Shown here in pieces: positions 1-8,857 of a stretch of DNA of 64,000 nucleotides. Below the pieces are notes generated by a model. It made no database searches. It had not been told where the DNA came from and was given only the letters and a program-made list of their open reading frames with translations. The stretch comes from an uncultured Candidatus Saccharibacteria bacterium (GTDB taxonomy: Bacteria > Patescibacteriota > UBA1384 > JAGGWG01 > CAZAJM01), in contig CAZAJM010000004.1 of the NCBI GenBank assembly GCA_964485625.1, positions 3,349 through 67,348 on the forward strand, given 5' to 3'. Position 1 is the stretch's first letter. Each line of letters opens with the position of its first letter. A program made the position numbers and the translations under genes.

Positions 1-179
1 ACTAATCCTTCTTTATTAAGTAGAGCAGAGATTAGCTCATATACAGCATAATACGAACGACTAACAGAATCTTTATGGAGGGATTCATCTAAAAGTAACT
101 TTGCGGCCTTGAGATGGTCGCTTGATAATTTTCTTGCCGCAGAAATCTCTTTTTTGTCTAATTTGGTTTCCTTAGACAT
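1..179 (-). CDS. HEPN-domain protein (COG2250-like), N-terminal 59 aa only; the gene continues past the window start. Putative toxin of a HEPN/MNT pair.
   Basis: Minus-strand ATG at 177-179 translates to MSKETKLDKKEISAARKLSSDHLKAAKLLLDESLHKDSVSRSYYAVYELISALLNKEGL, open to the window edge. The D-LKAAKLLLE...SRSYYAVYE pattern matches the N-terminal half of HEPN proteins that pair with MNT. The start overlaps the stop of the upstream MNT gene by 8 nt. Confidence 0.6.
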   Translation of the reverse strand, partial: MSKETKLDKKEISAARKLSSDHLKAAKLLLDESLHKDSVSRSYYAVYELISALLNKEGL

Positions 180-504
180 TTATCAAATCCTTTTTAATTG
201 TCTGAAAAAAGAAAGTAGGCTCGCTCTTCATCTGTTTTATTTTTTTCTTACTGTAGATCATTGCTGAAAAATATATCTCATATTTCAATAGAGTATCAGC
301 TATGGAATTGTAGATTATATCTTCAGTACTTTTTTCTTTCTTTTCAACAACTATGATCAGATCAATATCCGACTCTTCATGATAGTCGCCTCTAGCTTTT
401 GAGCCATATAGTTTAAGACCAATAAAACTACTTCCCAGCTTCTTTTCTAACTGTTCTTTAAGGTATTCTAAGGCCTTTTTTTCGATTTTATTTAAGTGTT
501 TCAT
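172..504 (-). CDS. Minimal nucleotidyltransferase (MNT), putative antitoxin of a HEPN/MNT pair
   Basis: 110 aa. Carries the GSKARGDYHEESDIDL motif (GS-x9-13-DxD of the pol-beta-type nucleotidyltransferase fold). It sits directly upstream of the HEPN ORF and overlaps it. Confidence 0.75.
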   Translation of the reverse strand: MKHLNKIEKKALEYLKEQLEKKLGSSFIGLKLYGSKARGDYHEESDIDLIIVVEKKEKSTEDIIYNSIADTLLKYEIYFSAMIYSKKKIKQMKSEPTFFFQTIKKDLINV

Positions 505-628
505 AACAACTATATTATACTGTAATTATCGTTTTATGGCAAACTATTCTGTCATTTTAATAGGTGTTTGTATTCCTCTGACCGCTCTGATAAGATAGAA
601 CAGATAGTTGAATTAATAGAGATCTATT

Positions 629-1900
629 ATGCTTGATATTAAGTATCTAATTGAGAACAAAGAAGAAGTAGAGAAAGCTTTATCTAAAAAACACACCAGC
701 TTCGATATCGATGGATTAATTAAGTCCTATGAGATTTATAGTGACTTAAAAAAGGAAGTCGATGATTTAAGAGCTGAAGCTAATAGGCTTAGTGATGAGA
801 TTGGGAAGGCAGAAGAGAGCAAAAGAGAGGAGAAGATTGCTAAGGCCAAGATTCTAAAAGAGAAACTCAAAGGCTTAGAAGATGATTTGGAAGATGCCAA
901 GAAAGATTATTTTGAGCGGATGAGTCAGATCCATAACATTCCTCACGAGTCTACTCCTGCTGGGCCGGATGAGTCAGGCAATGAGGTGGTTAAGAAGTGG
1001 GGTAAGCCGACTGTCTTTGATTTTGAGCCTAAGTCACATATGGAGTTAGGCAAGAAGCTAGATATTATTGATAAGAAAAGAGCGGTTAAGATTTCTGGTT
1101 CTAGGTTTACTTTTTTAAAAAATGAGGCCTTTAGTCTGCAGTTTGGTTTAGTTAGATATCTGGAAGATAAACTTACTAAGATGGGTTACTCGCCGATGAT
1201 TCCCCCGGTGATGGTAGAAGAGAAGGCAATGTATGGTAGTGGTTTCTTCCCGGCAGAGAAAGGGGAGTATTACAAGACCCAGGAGGATGATCTCTACTTA
1301 GTCGGCACAGCTGAAGTACCACTGGCTTCTTATCATAGTGGAGAGATGTTGAAGCTAGATGATCTACCACTTAAATATATGGGCTATTCTAGTTGTTTTA
1401 GACGAGAGGCTGGTAGTTATGGCAAAGATACCAAAGGAATTTTGCGAGTCCATCAGTTTGATAAGATAGAGATGTTTATCTATGCCAGCCAAGAAGATTC
1501 TTGGCAAATCTACGAGGAAGAGTTAGCGGCAATAAGTGAGGAGATATTACAGGAGCTAAAGCTTCCTTACCAAAAGGTATTGATGTGTGGTGGAGATATC
1601 GGTATGCCCAATGCCAAAAAATATGATTACGAGGTCTGGATGCCATATCAGCAGAAGTATAGGGAGACGATGAGTTGCTCTCATGATACTGAGTTTCAGG
1701 CTAGAAGGTTAGGCATTAAATACAAAGATAAGCAGGGCAAGAAGAAATATGCTCACACTATGAACAATACTGCTCTAGCAATTGGCCGAACATTGATTGC
1801 TATTCTAGAGAACTATCAGAACGAAGATGGCAGCGTTACTATCCCGGAGGTTTTACGAGACTATGTTAACTTCTCTACTATAGAAATAAAAAATAAATAG
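629..1900 (+). CDS. serS: Seryl-tRNA synthetase
   Basis: 423 aa. N-terminal coiled-coil arm plus a class II core with FRREAGSYGKDTKGILRVHQFDKIEMF motifs. Confidence 0.93.
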   Translation: MLDIKYLIENKEEVEKALSKKHTSFDIDGLIKSYEIYSDLKKEVDDLRAEANRLSDEIGKAEESKREEKIAKAKILKEKLKGLEDDLEDAKKDYFERMSQIHNIPHESTPAGPDESGNEVVKKWGKPTVFDFEPKSHMELGKKLDIIDKKRAVKISGSRFTFLKNEAFSLQFGLVRYLEDKLTKMGYSPMIPPVMVEEKAMYGSGFFPAEKGEYYKTQEDDLYLVGTAEVPLASYHSGEMLKLDDLPLKYMGYSSCFRREAGSYGKDTKGILRVHQFDKIEMFIYASQEDSWQIYEEELAAISEEILQELKLPYQKVLMCGGDIGMPNAKKYDYEVWMPYQQKYRETMSCSHDTEFQARRLGIKYKDKQGKKKYAHTMNNTALAIGRTLIAILENYQNEDGSVTIPEVLRDYVNFSTIEIKNK

Positions 1901-1906
1901 AGAACA

Positions 1907-2275
1907 ATGAAATTGATAATCAATGACAAAAATGTAGAGATTACTGATCAGGAAAGATCATTTATTAACAAAAAGATGGAGTCGATGGCAAAATTTCTAA
2001 GTAGCAATGCTAAACTAGAGATCTATCTAAATGATATTAGAGAAGGGGATAAAGAAGGCATGGATAAGCAGGTTGAGGCGGTGGTGAAGAGTTTTGGCAA
2101 GGTGATTAGAGTTTCAGAGAAAGGTGCCGATACCAGACAGACTATTGAGAGATTGAAAGATAAACTGGAGAGAGCCTTACGGAAAAGAAAAGAGAAGCGG
2201 GTGGATAGACTAAGAAAGACCAAAGCTTTTTTAAAAAGAATGATTCCGACCAATTGGTTTAGAAATGAAGAGTAG
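1907..2275 (+). CDS. hpf: Ribosome hibernation promoting factor / ribosome-associated inhibitor (S30AE family)
   Basis: 122 aa, basic C-terminus. The N-terminal KLIINDKNVEITDQERSFINKKMESMAKFL resembles the sigma-54 modulation / RaiA fold. Assigned by resemblance only. Confidence 0.6.
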   Translation: MKLIINDKNVEITDQERSFINKKMESMAKFLSSNAKLEIYLNDIREGDKEGMDKQVEAVVKSFGKVIRVSEKGADTRQTIERLKDKLERALRKRKEKRVDRLRKTKAFLKRMIPTNWFRNEE

Positions 2276-2281
2276 AGCTAT

Positions 2282-2310
2282 TTGACAATTATAACAGAAT
2301 TTGTTATAAT
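2282..2310 (+). promoter_or_regulatory. Consensus sigma-70-type promoter upstream of secA
   Basis: TTGACA, 17-nt spacer, TATAAT. Confidence 0.6.
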
Positions 2311-2407
2311 ATAGATAATAAAACTTTAATTAGTTTTTTGGGAGTCCCTCGGGGCTTCTTTTTTTCTATTGAAATTATATCCCATCTATTGTACTCTTTA
2401 ATAAGCA

Positions 2408-5083
2408 ATGGGATTATATAATCTAATTTTTGGTGATCCAAATAAGAAAGAGCTGAATAAGCTTGAGCCAATTGTTGAAAAAGTAAATAGTTTTAAAGAT
2501 AGATACTCTGATTTAAGTGACGAGGAGTTAGCTGGCCATACCAATGATTTTAAACGCCGATTAAGTGAGGGGGAGAGTTTGGACGATATCTTGCCCGAGG
2601 CTTTTGCTTTGGTTAAAGAGGCGGCTAAACGTACGGTCGGCATGGTCCATTATGATGAGCAGGTTTTAGCCGGTATTGCTATGCATCAAGGCAAGATAGT
2701 TGAACAGAAGACCGGTGAGGGTAAGACCTTGGCGGCGACCTTACCGTTGTATCTAAACGCATTGGAAGATTCGGTTCATTTAGTCACGGTTAATGATTAT
2801 CTAGCCAGAATAGGTGCTTCTTGGATGGGGCCAATTTACAAGATTTTGGGTCTCTCTGTCGGAATTATCCAAAACGAACAGAAAAGTTTCCTATATAAGC
2901 CGGAGGGTGAACAAAGCTACCAGTCAGATCAAGAAGAGGTTCAAGTTGATGTTGGGGGAATAGTTCCTTGTTCGCGGAAAGAAGTATATAAGTGTGATGT
3001 TATCTACGGTACTAACAATGAGTTTGGCTTTGATTACTTGCGGGATAATATGGCTAAATCAACTGAAGAGATTGTTCAATCAAAACCCGATCAGCCATCG
3101 AAAAAATCTCTTAACTTTGCCATTATTGATGAGGTCGATTCGATTTTAATTGATGAGGCTCGAACTCCCTTGATTATCTCTGCTCCGGATGAAAAATCCG
3201 GTTCGATGTACCAGCGTTTTGCCAGTATTGTTAAGAGATTAGATGAGGAGACAGACTACAATATAGATGAGAAGGATAGGGTGGTAAATATTACTGATAA
3301 GGGTATAGAGAAGATTGAAAAGATTCTAGATATCGATAATATTTACGATCCCAACCAGACCAAAGAGCTTGGTGGAATAGCCCTAGTTCATCATTTAGAG
3401 GAATCCCTCAAGGCCCAAGCCCTATTTAAGCGCGATCGAGATTATGTAGTTAAAGAGGGCGAGGTGGTGATAGTTGATGAGTTCACGGGCAGAATGATGC
3501 CGGGCAGACGTTACTCAGAGGGTTTACATCAAGCGATTGAGGCTAAAGAGGGAGTTGAGGTCCAAAGAGAGAGCTTAACTTTAGCCACCATCTCTTTTCA
3601 GAACCTATTCAGGCTCTACGACAAGCTATCGGGCATGACTGGTACTGCTAAAACAGAAGAGGAAGAGTTCTTCAAAATCTATGGTTTGGAAGTCTTGGTA
3701 ATACCATCTCATGAGCCACTAATTAGAAAAGATCAGTCCGATTTAGTCTACCAAAATAGGGCCGGTAAACTGAAAGCTATCGCTGCAGAGATAAAGGATA
3801 GAAATGAGAAAGGCCAGCCAATTTTGGTTGGAACTCTTTCTATTGAGAAGTCTGAAGAACTTTCGGCTCTGCTTAAAAAGAAAGGTGTCAAGCACGATAT
3901 TCTAAATGCTAAACATCACGAGAAAGAGGCTAAGATCATCGCCAATGCCGGTAAGAAGGGTGCCGTAACTATTGCTACCAATATGGCCGGTAGGGGTGTT
4001 GATATTATCTTGGGAGAGGGAGTTAAAGAGCTTGGAGGACTCTATGTTATTGGCACGGAAAGACATGATGCTAGGCGGATCGATAATCAGCTTAGAGGGC
4101 GGGCCGGTCGACAAGGAGATCCAGGCGAGTCTCGGTTTTTCTTATCTTTAGAAGATGATTTGATGAGAATATTTGGTGGCGATCGGATACAGGGTTTGAT
4201 GAGCACTCTCAATCTGCCCGAAGATCAGCCGATAGAGAACAGGATGGTCAACAATGCGATTAAGAATGCTCAAAACAAAGTTGAGGGGATTAACTTTGAT
4301 ATTAGAAAGCACTTGCTTGAGTATGACGATGTTCTAAATAAGCAGCGTGAAGTAATCTATCGGCTAAGAAGAGAACTGCTTACCGCTAGTGAAAAGAAGA
4401 AAATTGATAAAACGGTTAAATTAGTTAAGGATTATCTTGAATTTATTGTTGATATTAACTCCAAAGAGGGCAGAGATGTAGAAGTAGAGGATATTATCAG
4501 TGAGGCCAATACGGTTTTGGCTGAGAAGAAGATAGATAAGAAAGATTTGGAGGGAAAGAGTAGGGATGAGGTTAAGAAAGTTATTAACATCAGGATCGAT
4601 GAGCTCAGGCAAGCTCGAGTAGAGAGTTTTGGTGAATCTGTCTTTGGAGGCTTGTGCAAAGAGGTGAATCTAAGAACTATTGATCAGCTCTGGATAAATC
4701 ATTTGACCATGATGAGCGACTTGCGTCAAGGGATTGGTTTGAGGGGCTATGGCCAACAAGATCCTCTGGTCGAGTACAAGAAAGAGGGTAAGCATATGTT
4801 TAATCAGCTTGTTAATGAGATCGATCAGAAGGTGGCTGGACTAGTCTTTAATCTTCAAGTACAATTAGAAAGCCAGGGTGAGCAGAAAGTTGAGACAAAG
4901 GGAGCGCCGGAGGCCTTGGCGGCAGGTAATTTTAGCAATTTGAAAGAGCAGGCTCAAACAAACAGTGGTGAGAATACTATTGAGACTGTTGAGAATACCG
5001 GAGAGTATAAGGATGTTGGTAGAAACGACCCCTGTCCTTGTGGCAGTGGTAAAAAGTTTAAAAAGTGTTGTCTAAATAAGTAA
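2408..5083 (+). CDS. secA: Preprotein translocase ATPase SecA
   Basis: 891 aa. DEAD-like motor with a GEGKTLAATLP Walker A and a C-terminal zinc-binding tail CPCGSGKKFKKCC. Confidence 0.95.
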   Translation: MGLYNLIFGDPNKKELNKLEPIVEKVNSFKDRYSDLSDEELAGHTNDFKRRLSEGESLDDILPEAFALVKEAAKRTVGMVHYDEQVLAGIAMHQGKIVEQKTGEGKTLAATLPLYLNALEDSVHLVTVNDYLARIGASWMGPIYKILGLSVGIIQNEQKSFLYKPEGEQSYQSDQEEVQVDVGGIVPCSRKEVYKCDVIYGTNNEFGFDYLRDNMAKSTEEIVQSKPDQPSKKSLNFAIIDEVDSILIDEARTPLIISAPDEKSGSMYQRFASIVKRLDEETDYNIDEKDRVVNITDKGIEKIEKILDIDNIYDPNQTKELGGIALVHHLEESLKAQALFKRDRDYVVKEGEVVIVDEFTGRMMPGRRYSEGLHQAIEAKEGVEVQRESLTLATISFQNLFRLYDKLSGMTGTAKTEEEEFFKIYGLEVLVIPSHEPLIRKDQSDLVYQNRAGKLKAIAAEIKDRNEKGQPILVGTLSIEKSEELSALLKKKGVKHDILNAKHHEKEAKIIANAGKKGAVTIATNMAGRGVDIILGEGVKELGGLYVIGTERHDARRIDNQLRGRAGRQGDPGESRFFLSLEDDLMRIFGGDRIQGLMSTLNLPEDQPIENRMVNNAIKNAQNKVEGINFDIRKHLLEYDDVLNKQREVIYRLRRELLTASEKKKIDKTVKLVKDYLEFIVDINSKEGRDVEVEDIISEANTVLAEKKIDKKDLEGKSRDEVKKVINIRIDELRQARVESFGESVFGGLCKEVNLRTIDQLWINHLTMMSDLRQGIGLRGYGQQDPLVEYKKEGKHMFNQLVNEIDQKVAGLVFNLQVQLESQGEQKVETKGAPEALAAGNFSNLKEQAQTNSGENTIETVENTGEYKDVGRNDPCPCGSGKKFKKCCLNK

Positions 5084-5086
5084 AGA

Positions 5087-5785
5087 TTGATGTCCATTAT
5101 AGAAGTAGAAGATCTAGCTAAAAGTTACAATCACATAGATGTACTAAAGGGGGTTAGTTTTGCTTTGGAAGAAGATGAATTTGTTAGCTTGATCGGTTCT
5201 TCAGGTGCCGGTAAATCTACTCTAGTTAGATTGATGATCTCTGAGGAGAGACCAACTAGAGGGCATATCTATGTTGCTGATAAAGATATTACCCAGCTTA
5301 AACCTAGTGAGGTGCCCTACTATCGTCGAAGAATTGGGGTTGTTTTTCAAGATTTTAAACTTCTGCCCAGAAAGAACGTCTATGAGAATGTTGCTTTTGC
5401 CCTAGAGGTTTGTGGTGCGCCGGGCAGAGAGATTGAAGAGAAGGTTCCATCGATTTTAGAGCTGGTTGGTTTAGAGGACCGTTGTAACAACTTTCCTGAT
5501 GAGCTATCTGGCGGAGAGAGGCAGAGGGTAGCAATTGCTCGGGCAGTGGTTAATGGCCCCAAGCTATTGATTGCCGATGAACCAACTGGAAATCTAGATC
5601 CCAAGACTGCCTGGGGGATTGTTGAGTTGCTTACTGAGATTAACAAGAGAGGTACCATTGTTCTGCTAGCCACTCATGATAACGAGATTGTTGATAAACT
5701 TGGCAAGCGAGTGATTAGGCTCGATGATGGTAAGGTAGCTTCAGACAAGAAGAAAGGTAAGTATGAAGGAGGCAAGAAAGAGTAA
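5087..5785 (+). CDS. ftsE: Cell-division ABC transporter ATP-binding protein FtsE
   Basis: 232 aa with GSSGAGKST Walker A, LSGGERQRVAIARA signature and LLIADEPTGNLD Walker B. It is followed directly by ftsX. Confidence 0.88.
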   Translation: MMSIIEVEDLAKSYNHIDVLKGVSFALEEDEFVSLIGSSGAGKSTLVRLMISEERPTRGHIYVADKDITQLKPSEVPYYRRRIGVVFQDFKLLPRKNVYENVAFALEVCGAPGREIEEKVPSILELVGLEDRCNNFPDELSGGERQRVAIARAVVNGPKLLIADEPTGNLDPKTAWGIVELLTEINKRGTIVLLATHDNEIVDKLGKRVIRLDDGKVASDKKKGKYEGGKKE

Positions 5786-6717
5786 TGATAACAAATATAT
5801 TTAGAGTACTAAAATTAGGCTTTAATAACTTCTATCGCAATGGCCTTCTATCAATGGCTGCGACTTTGATTTTAACAATCACCCTCTTTACTATCAGTAT
5901 CTTTATCACTTTAGTTTTGGTTGGTAACTCAGCTATTCAAAATGTTAGCTCACGGATCGATGTGGTAGCTTACTTAAAAGACGATGTTAGCGAGGCACAG
6001 ATAACAGAGATTAGAAAGGAGTTATCTCTCTTAGACGGAGTTCGTAGCGTGGAATATATTGATAAGAATATGGCCTATGAGAAATGGCAGGGTCAAGATC
6101 AGGATCAGCGACTCAAAGATGTTGTTACCAAAGAGGACAACCCCTTGCCTAGAAGTTTGGAAGTAAAGATGGCCGATCCGGAGAAGACCGAAGCCGTGGC
6201 CCAGTATCTGGATAATGAGGAGATAAAACCATTAATGCACCGAGTGAGGTACAATAAGGAATTAATTGAGAAGCTTAATAAATATATCTCAATTATTAAA
6301 AGAGTTGGAATTGGCTTAGTTAGTATCTTTGTAGCCATATCTGTCTTAGTAGTCTTTAACACTATCAGGCTAGCCATATTTTCTCGAAAAGACGAAATTG
6401 AAATTATGAAGCTGGTCGGGGCCACCCCCGGCTTTATCAGAACCCCATTTCTAGTTGAAGGAACTCTGTTTGGCATTCTAGCAGCGGTCTTTGCCAGTTT
6501 GATAATTCTATTGGGAGTAGAGTACTTACAAATTAGTGGAATATTAAATGCTCAAACAACCCAAGAGATAGTGAAGTTTCTCGGTCCGGAAGCGACCAAC
6601 TACTTTAGTCAACATAAATTTCTAATATTTATCTACCAAGTGCTGGCCGGTATATTAATTAGCGTCGCTTGTTCTTGGGCAGCGGTCTACAAGCATCTGG
6701 ATTTTAGGAGGAAGTAG
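5785..6717 (+). CDS. ftsX: Cell-division permease FtsX
   Basis: 310 aa. N-terminal TM, a large extracellular loop, then three C-terminal TMs (FtsX-like fold). Its start overlaps the ftsE stop (ATGA). Confidence 0.85.
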   Translation: MITNIFRVLKLGFNNFYRNGLLSMAATLILTITLFTISIFITLVLVGNSAIQNVSSRIDVVAYLKDDVSEAQITEIRKELSLLDGVRSVEYIDKNMAYEKWQGQDQDQRLKDVVTKEDNPLPRSLEVKMADPEKTEAVAQYLDNEEIKPLMHRVRYNKELIEKLNKYISIIKRVGIGLVSIFVAISVLVVFNTIRLAIFSRKDEIEIMKLVGATPGFIRTPFLVEGTLFGILAAVFASLIILLGVEYLQISGILNAQTTQEIVKFLGPEATNYFSQHKFLIFIYQVLAGILISVACSWAAVYKHLDFRRK

Positions 6718-6745
6718 TTAGCAAAAATAACTTTTTTAATTTTTA

Positions 6746-6781
6746 ATTACCCTTGACTTTAGGGTAATTTTTTGATATAAT
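6746..6781 (+). promoter_or_regulatory. Promoter of EnvC-like paralogue A with an 8-bp perfect inverted repeat overlapping the -35
   Basis: ATTACCCTtgactttAGGGTAAT spans the TTGACT -35. A 17-nt spacer leads to TATAAT at 6776-6781. Confidence 0.55.
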
Positions 6782-6791
6782 ATTATCAGTT

Positions 6792-8084
6792 ATGAATAAA
6801 GGAATTGGGGCTGTAGTCTTAAAATATACTCTGGTGATTATGCTCATAGCCAGCTTTGGCGGCTATCCTCTTTTGGCTAATTCTGCCAGTCTAAATAAGC
6901 AGCTGGAAGAGACTAGGGAGCAGAAAAGTGAGCTATCTAAGAAAGAAGATAAGGCAGAGAATGAAGCCCAGACTCTAGCTGCTAGAGTGGCTGAGATGGA
7001 CGAGCAAATAAAACAAGTTAGTAAAGAGATTAAAAGAACCCAAAAAGAGATAGAAAGAATAAAAGAAGAGTCTGTTAGGACTAATAAACAGATTGAGTTA
7101 AATAGAGACGAACTTATCAACCAAGAAGAACTCTTGGATCAGGCTTTACTCTACCTATATGAAGAGCAGGACCAACCCTTGCTCTACCAGCTTTTTAGTT
7201 TCGATACTTTTAGCCGTATTTTAGATAGACAGGAATATATCGGTGCAGCTGAAGAGAAAGTGAGTGATACTATCACGGAAATCAACCGAATTAAAGAGGA
7301 GCTAAATCAGAAGCAAGAATCTTTAGTTCAAGATAAGAAAGACCTAAAAGAGCTAACTATTCAACTGAAGGTCTCAAAGAAGTCTATTAAAAAAGAGCAG
7401 CAAAAGAAAGAGAAACTTCTTAAAAAGACCAAAGGCAGAGAAGATAAGTACGAGATGCTCTTAGCTGCTAAGCAGGCTGAAGAGGCGAATATTATCAAAC
7501 GTATCCAGGATCTATCTAGAAGCAAAGAGGGCAAGCATTACAATGGTAGAAAGAACAAGGACAACAAAGATAGTCAGAAGGAAGACAAAAAACAAGAGAC
7601 CAACTTTGTCTGGCCAATTAAAATAGTAGGAAATTATCAAGCTCAGGTTGGGCAGTACTATGGCATGACCGACTATGCTAAATCTGGCGCCTATAACGGA
7701 GCTCCTCACAATGGAATTGATCTTTCCTCAATCCCAAACAAGAATGGTTTTCTAGACCTAAGAGTCAGATCGGTTAGTAAGGGAGAAGTGATTATGGTAA
7801 CCCATGAATCTATCTCAGGGGGCTGGGGTAATGCGGTGGTTGTTGCTCACCCCAATGGGCTATTTAGCCTCTATGGTCATCTAAGTAGAGTAGTAGTAAA
7901 AGAAGGTCAGAAAGTAGAACAGGGCCAGATGCTTGGTATTGAGGGCAATACTGGTGCTTCTACCGGCAGACACTTGCACTTTAGCATCTATATGAAAATA
8001 ACTATCTACAAGACTCCTTGGTACTACGGCCCCGGCTATGACTATCACTGGACTCTAAACCCCCTAAACTTCATGCCTAAGTAA
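6792..8084 (+). CDS. EnvC/PcsB-like coiled-coil M23 (LytM) peptidase, paralogue A
   Basis: 430 aa with signal peptide and a long coiled-coil. The C-terminal M23 domain is in canonical order: PHNGIDLSS ... SLYGHL ... GNTGASTGRHLHFSIY. Confidence 0.8.
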   Translation: MNKGIGAVVLKYTLVIMLIASFGGYPLLANSASLNKQLEETREQKSELSKKEDKAENEAQTLAARVAEMDEQIKQVSKEIKRTQKEIERIKEESVRTNKQIELNRDELINQEELLDQALLYLYEEQDQPLLYQLFSFDTFSRILDRQEYIGAAEEKVSDTITEINRIKEELNQKQESLVQDKKDLKELTIQLKVSKKSIKKEQQKKEKLLKKTKGREDKYEMLLAAKQAEEANIIKRIQDLSRSKEGKHYNGRKNKDNKDSQKEDKKQETNFVWPIKIVGNYQAQVGQYYGMTDYAKSGAYNGAPHNGIDLSSIPNKNGFLDLRVRSVSKGEVIMVTHESISGGWGNAVVVAHPNGLFSLYGHLSRVVVKEGQKVEQGQMLGIEGNTGASTGRHLHFSIYMKITIYKTPWYYGPGYDYHWTLNPLNFMPK

Positions 8085-8095
8085 AGTATTAAGTA

Positions 8096-8183
8096 CCGGA
8101 AGCCTGCCCACCACCCACCTGCCATTGCTGTGCTCAGGCACTAGCGGGCAGGTCACCAGCTTCAGTCTTTGGCAGGCGGGTCC
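8096..8183. repeat. GC-rich hairpin element, copy A (long variant) of a three-member family
   Basis: ~88 bp at ~65% GC: cctgccattgctgtgctcaggcactagcgggcagg...ggcaggcgggtcc. It shares ccgccattgNctgag...caggcgatgNcaggcgg with copies at 26099-26139 and 31242-31282. Confidence 0.6.
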
Positions 8184-8315
8184 GACTTCGAAACACAAAT
8201 ATTGCAAATAATAATATTTAACTGGTTAAGCTTAAAATCGGAAGTCCGACTTCCGATTTTGTGTTTTTAATAATAGTTTAATTACTATAAATAGGCCAAA
8301 AAGTAGTCTTAACTA

Positions 8316-8344
8316 TTGACAAATTTAGACTATTAGTATATAAT
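8316..8344 (+). promoter_or_regulatory. Perfect-consensus promoter driving the high-GC lipoprotein gene
   Basis: TTGACA (8316-8321), 17-nt spacer, TATAAT (8339-8344). GGAGGG lies 7 nt before the ATG at 8390. Confidence 0.6.
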
Positions 8345-8389
8345 CAGGACAGTTTTGTACACCATAGTCGTGCTTTGGAGGGAACATAG

Positions 8390-8857
8390 ATGAAGAAGGT
8401 AATCGTTGTTCTGTTGTTTGTCGTTGTCGTGGTCATCGCTGGTTGTGCCGGCGATGACAACTACTACAATCTCGAGCCTGAGAATGGCACCATCGTCATC
8501 AGGCTTGCCTTCCAGTCGGACATCGACTGGCAGGACCTCGACCCCGGTCTCCGCTTCGTGGATGTTACTCGCGAATGCGGAAATTGCGTTCCCGTTCCAG
8601 TGGAGATCCGCTGGGACGAGGACTTCTACGGCGTAGTTGGCCAGATTGAGCGCCCCGCAGGCGGTCATCTGGTCAGCTGGTACTTTGAGACCAGCGACTA
8701 CGAGTACTACGCCATGGGTGAAACGTTCGTGGAAGTCCGGCCTGGGGAAGAAACAGCGGTTGAACAGACCGTTGGTTTCAACCTCTGGGACGACGAAGCT
8801 TGGGCCTATACGGCTCAGGCTCGGGAGAGAGCAGAGAGCTACGGCTCATCTCCCTGA
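8390..8857 (+). CDS. Lipoprotein of unknown function, encoded in a high-GC island (probable recent horizontal acquisition)
   Basis: 155 aa. Signal peptide with lipobox VIAGC. Codon usage is GC3-rich (atc, gtc, ctc, gac, tac, ggc), unlike all neighbours. Preceded by a consensus promoter and a GGAGGG RBS. Confidence 0.55.
   Translation: MKKVIVVLLFVVVVVIAGCAGDDNYYNLEPENGTIVIRLAFQSDIDWQDLDPGLRFVDVTRECGNCVPVPVEIRWDEDFYGVVGQIERPAGGHLVSWYFETSDYEYYAMGETFVEVRPGEETAVEQTVGFNLWDDEAWAYTAQARERAESYGSSP

Noticed and set aside
1176-1370. Short antisense or alternative-frame ORFs inside serS, hpf, secA, ftsE, ftsX, envC-like, gyrB, gyrA, infB, HEAT, clp and galK genes, for example 1176-1370, 2023-2253, 2398-2643, 3902-4114, 4421-4659, 5380-5673, 6105-6476, 6863-7120, 25152-25367, 28512-28715, 29188-29765, 31843-32438, 32595-33149, 40618-41322, 46001-46309, 47660-47866
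   Set aside because: They are fully embedded in well-supported genes on the opposite strand or in another frame. They have no RBS and their composition is Ser/Leu/Pro-rich, typical of antisense translation of AT-rich genes.
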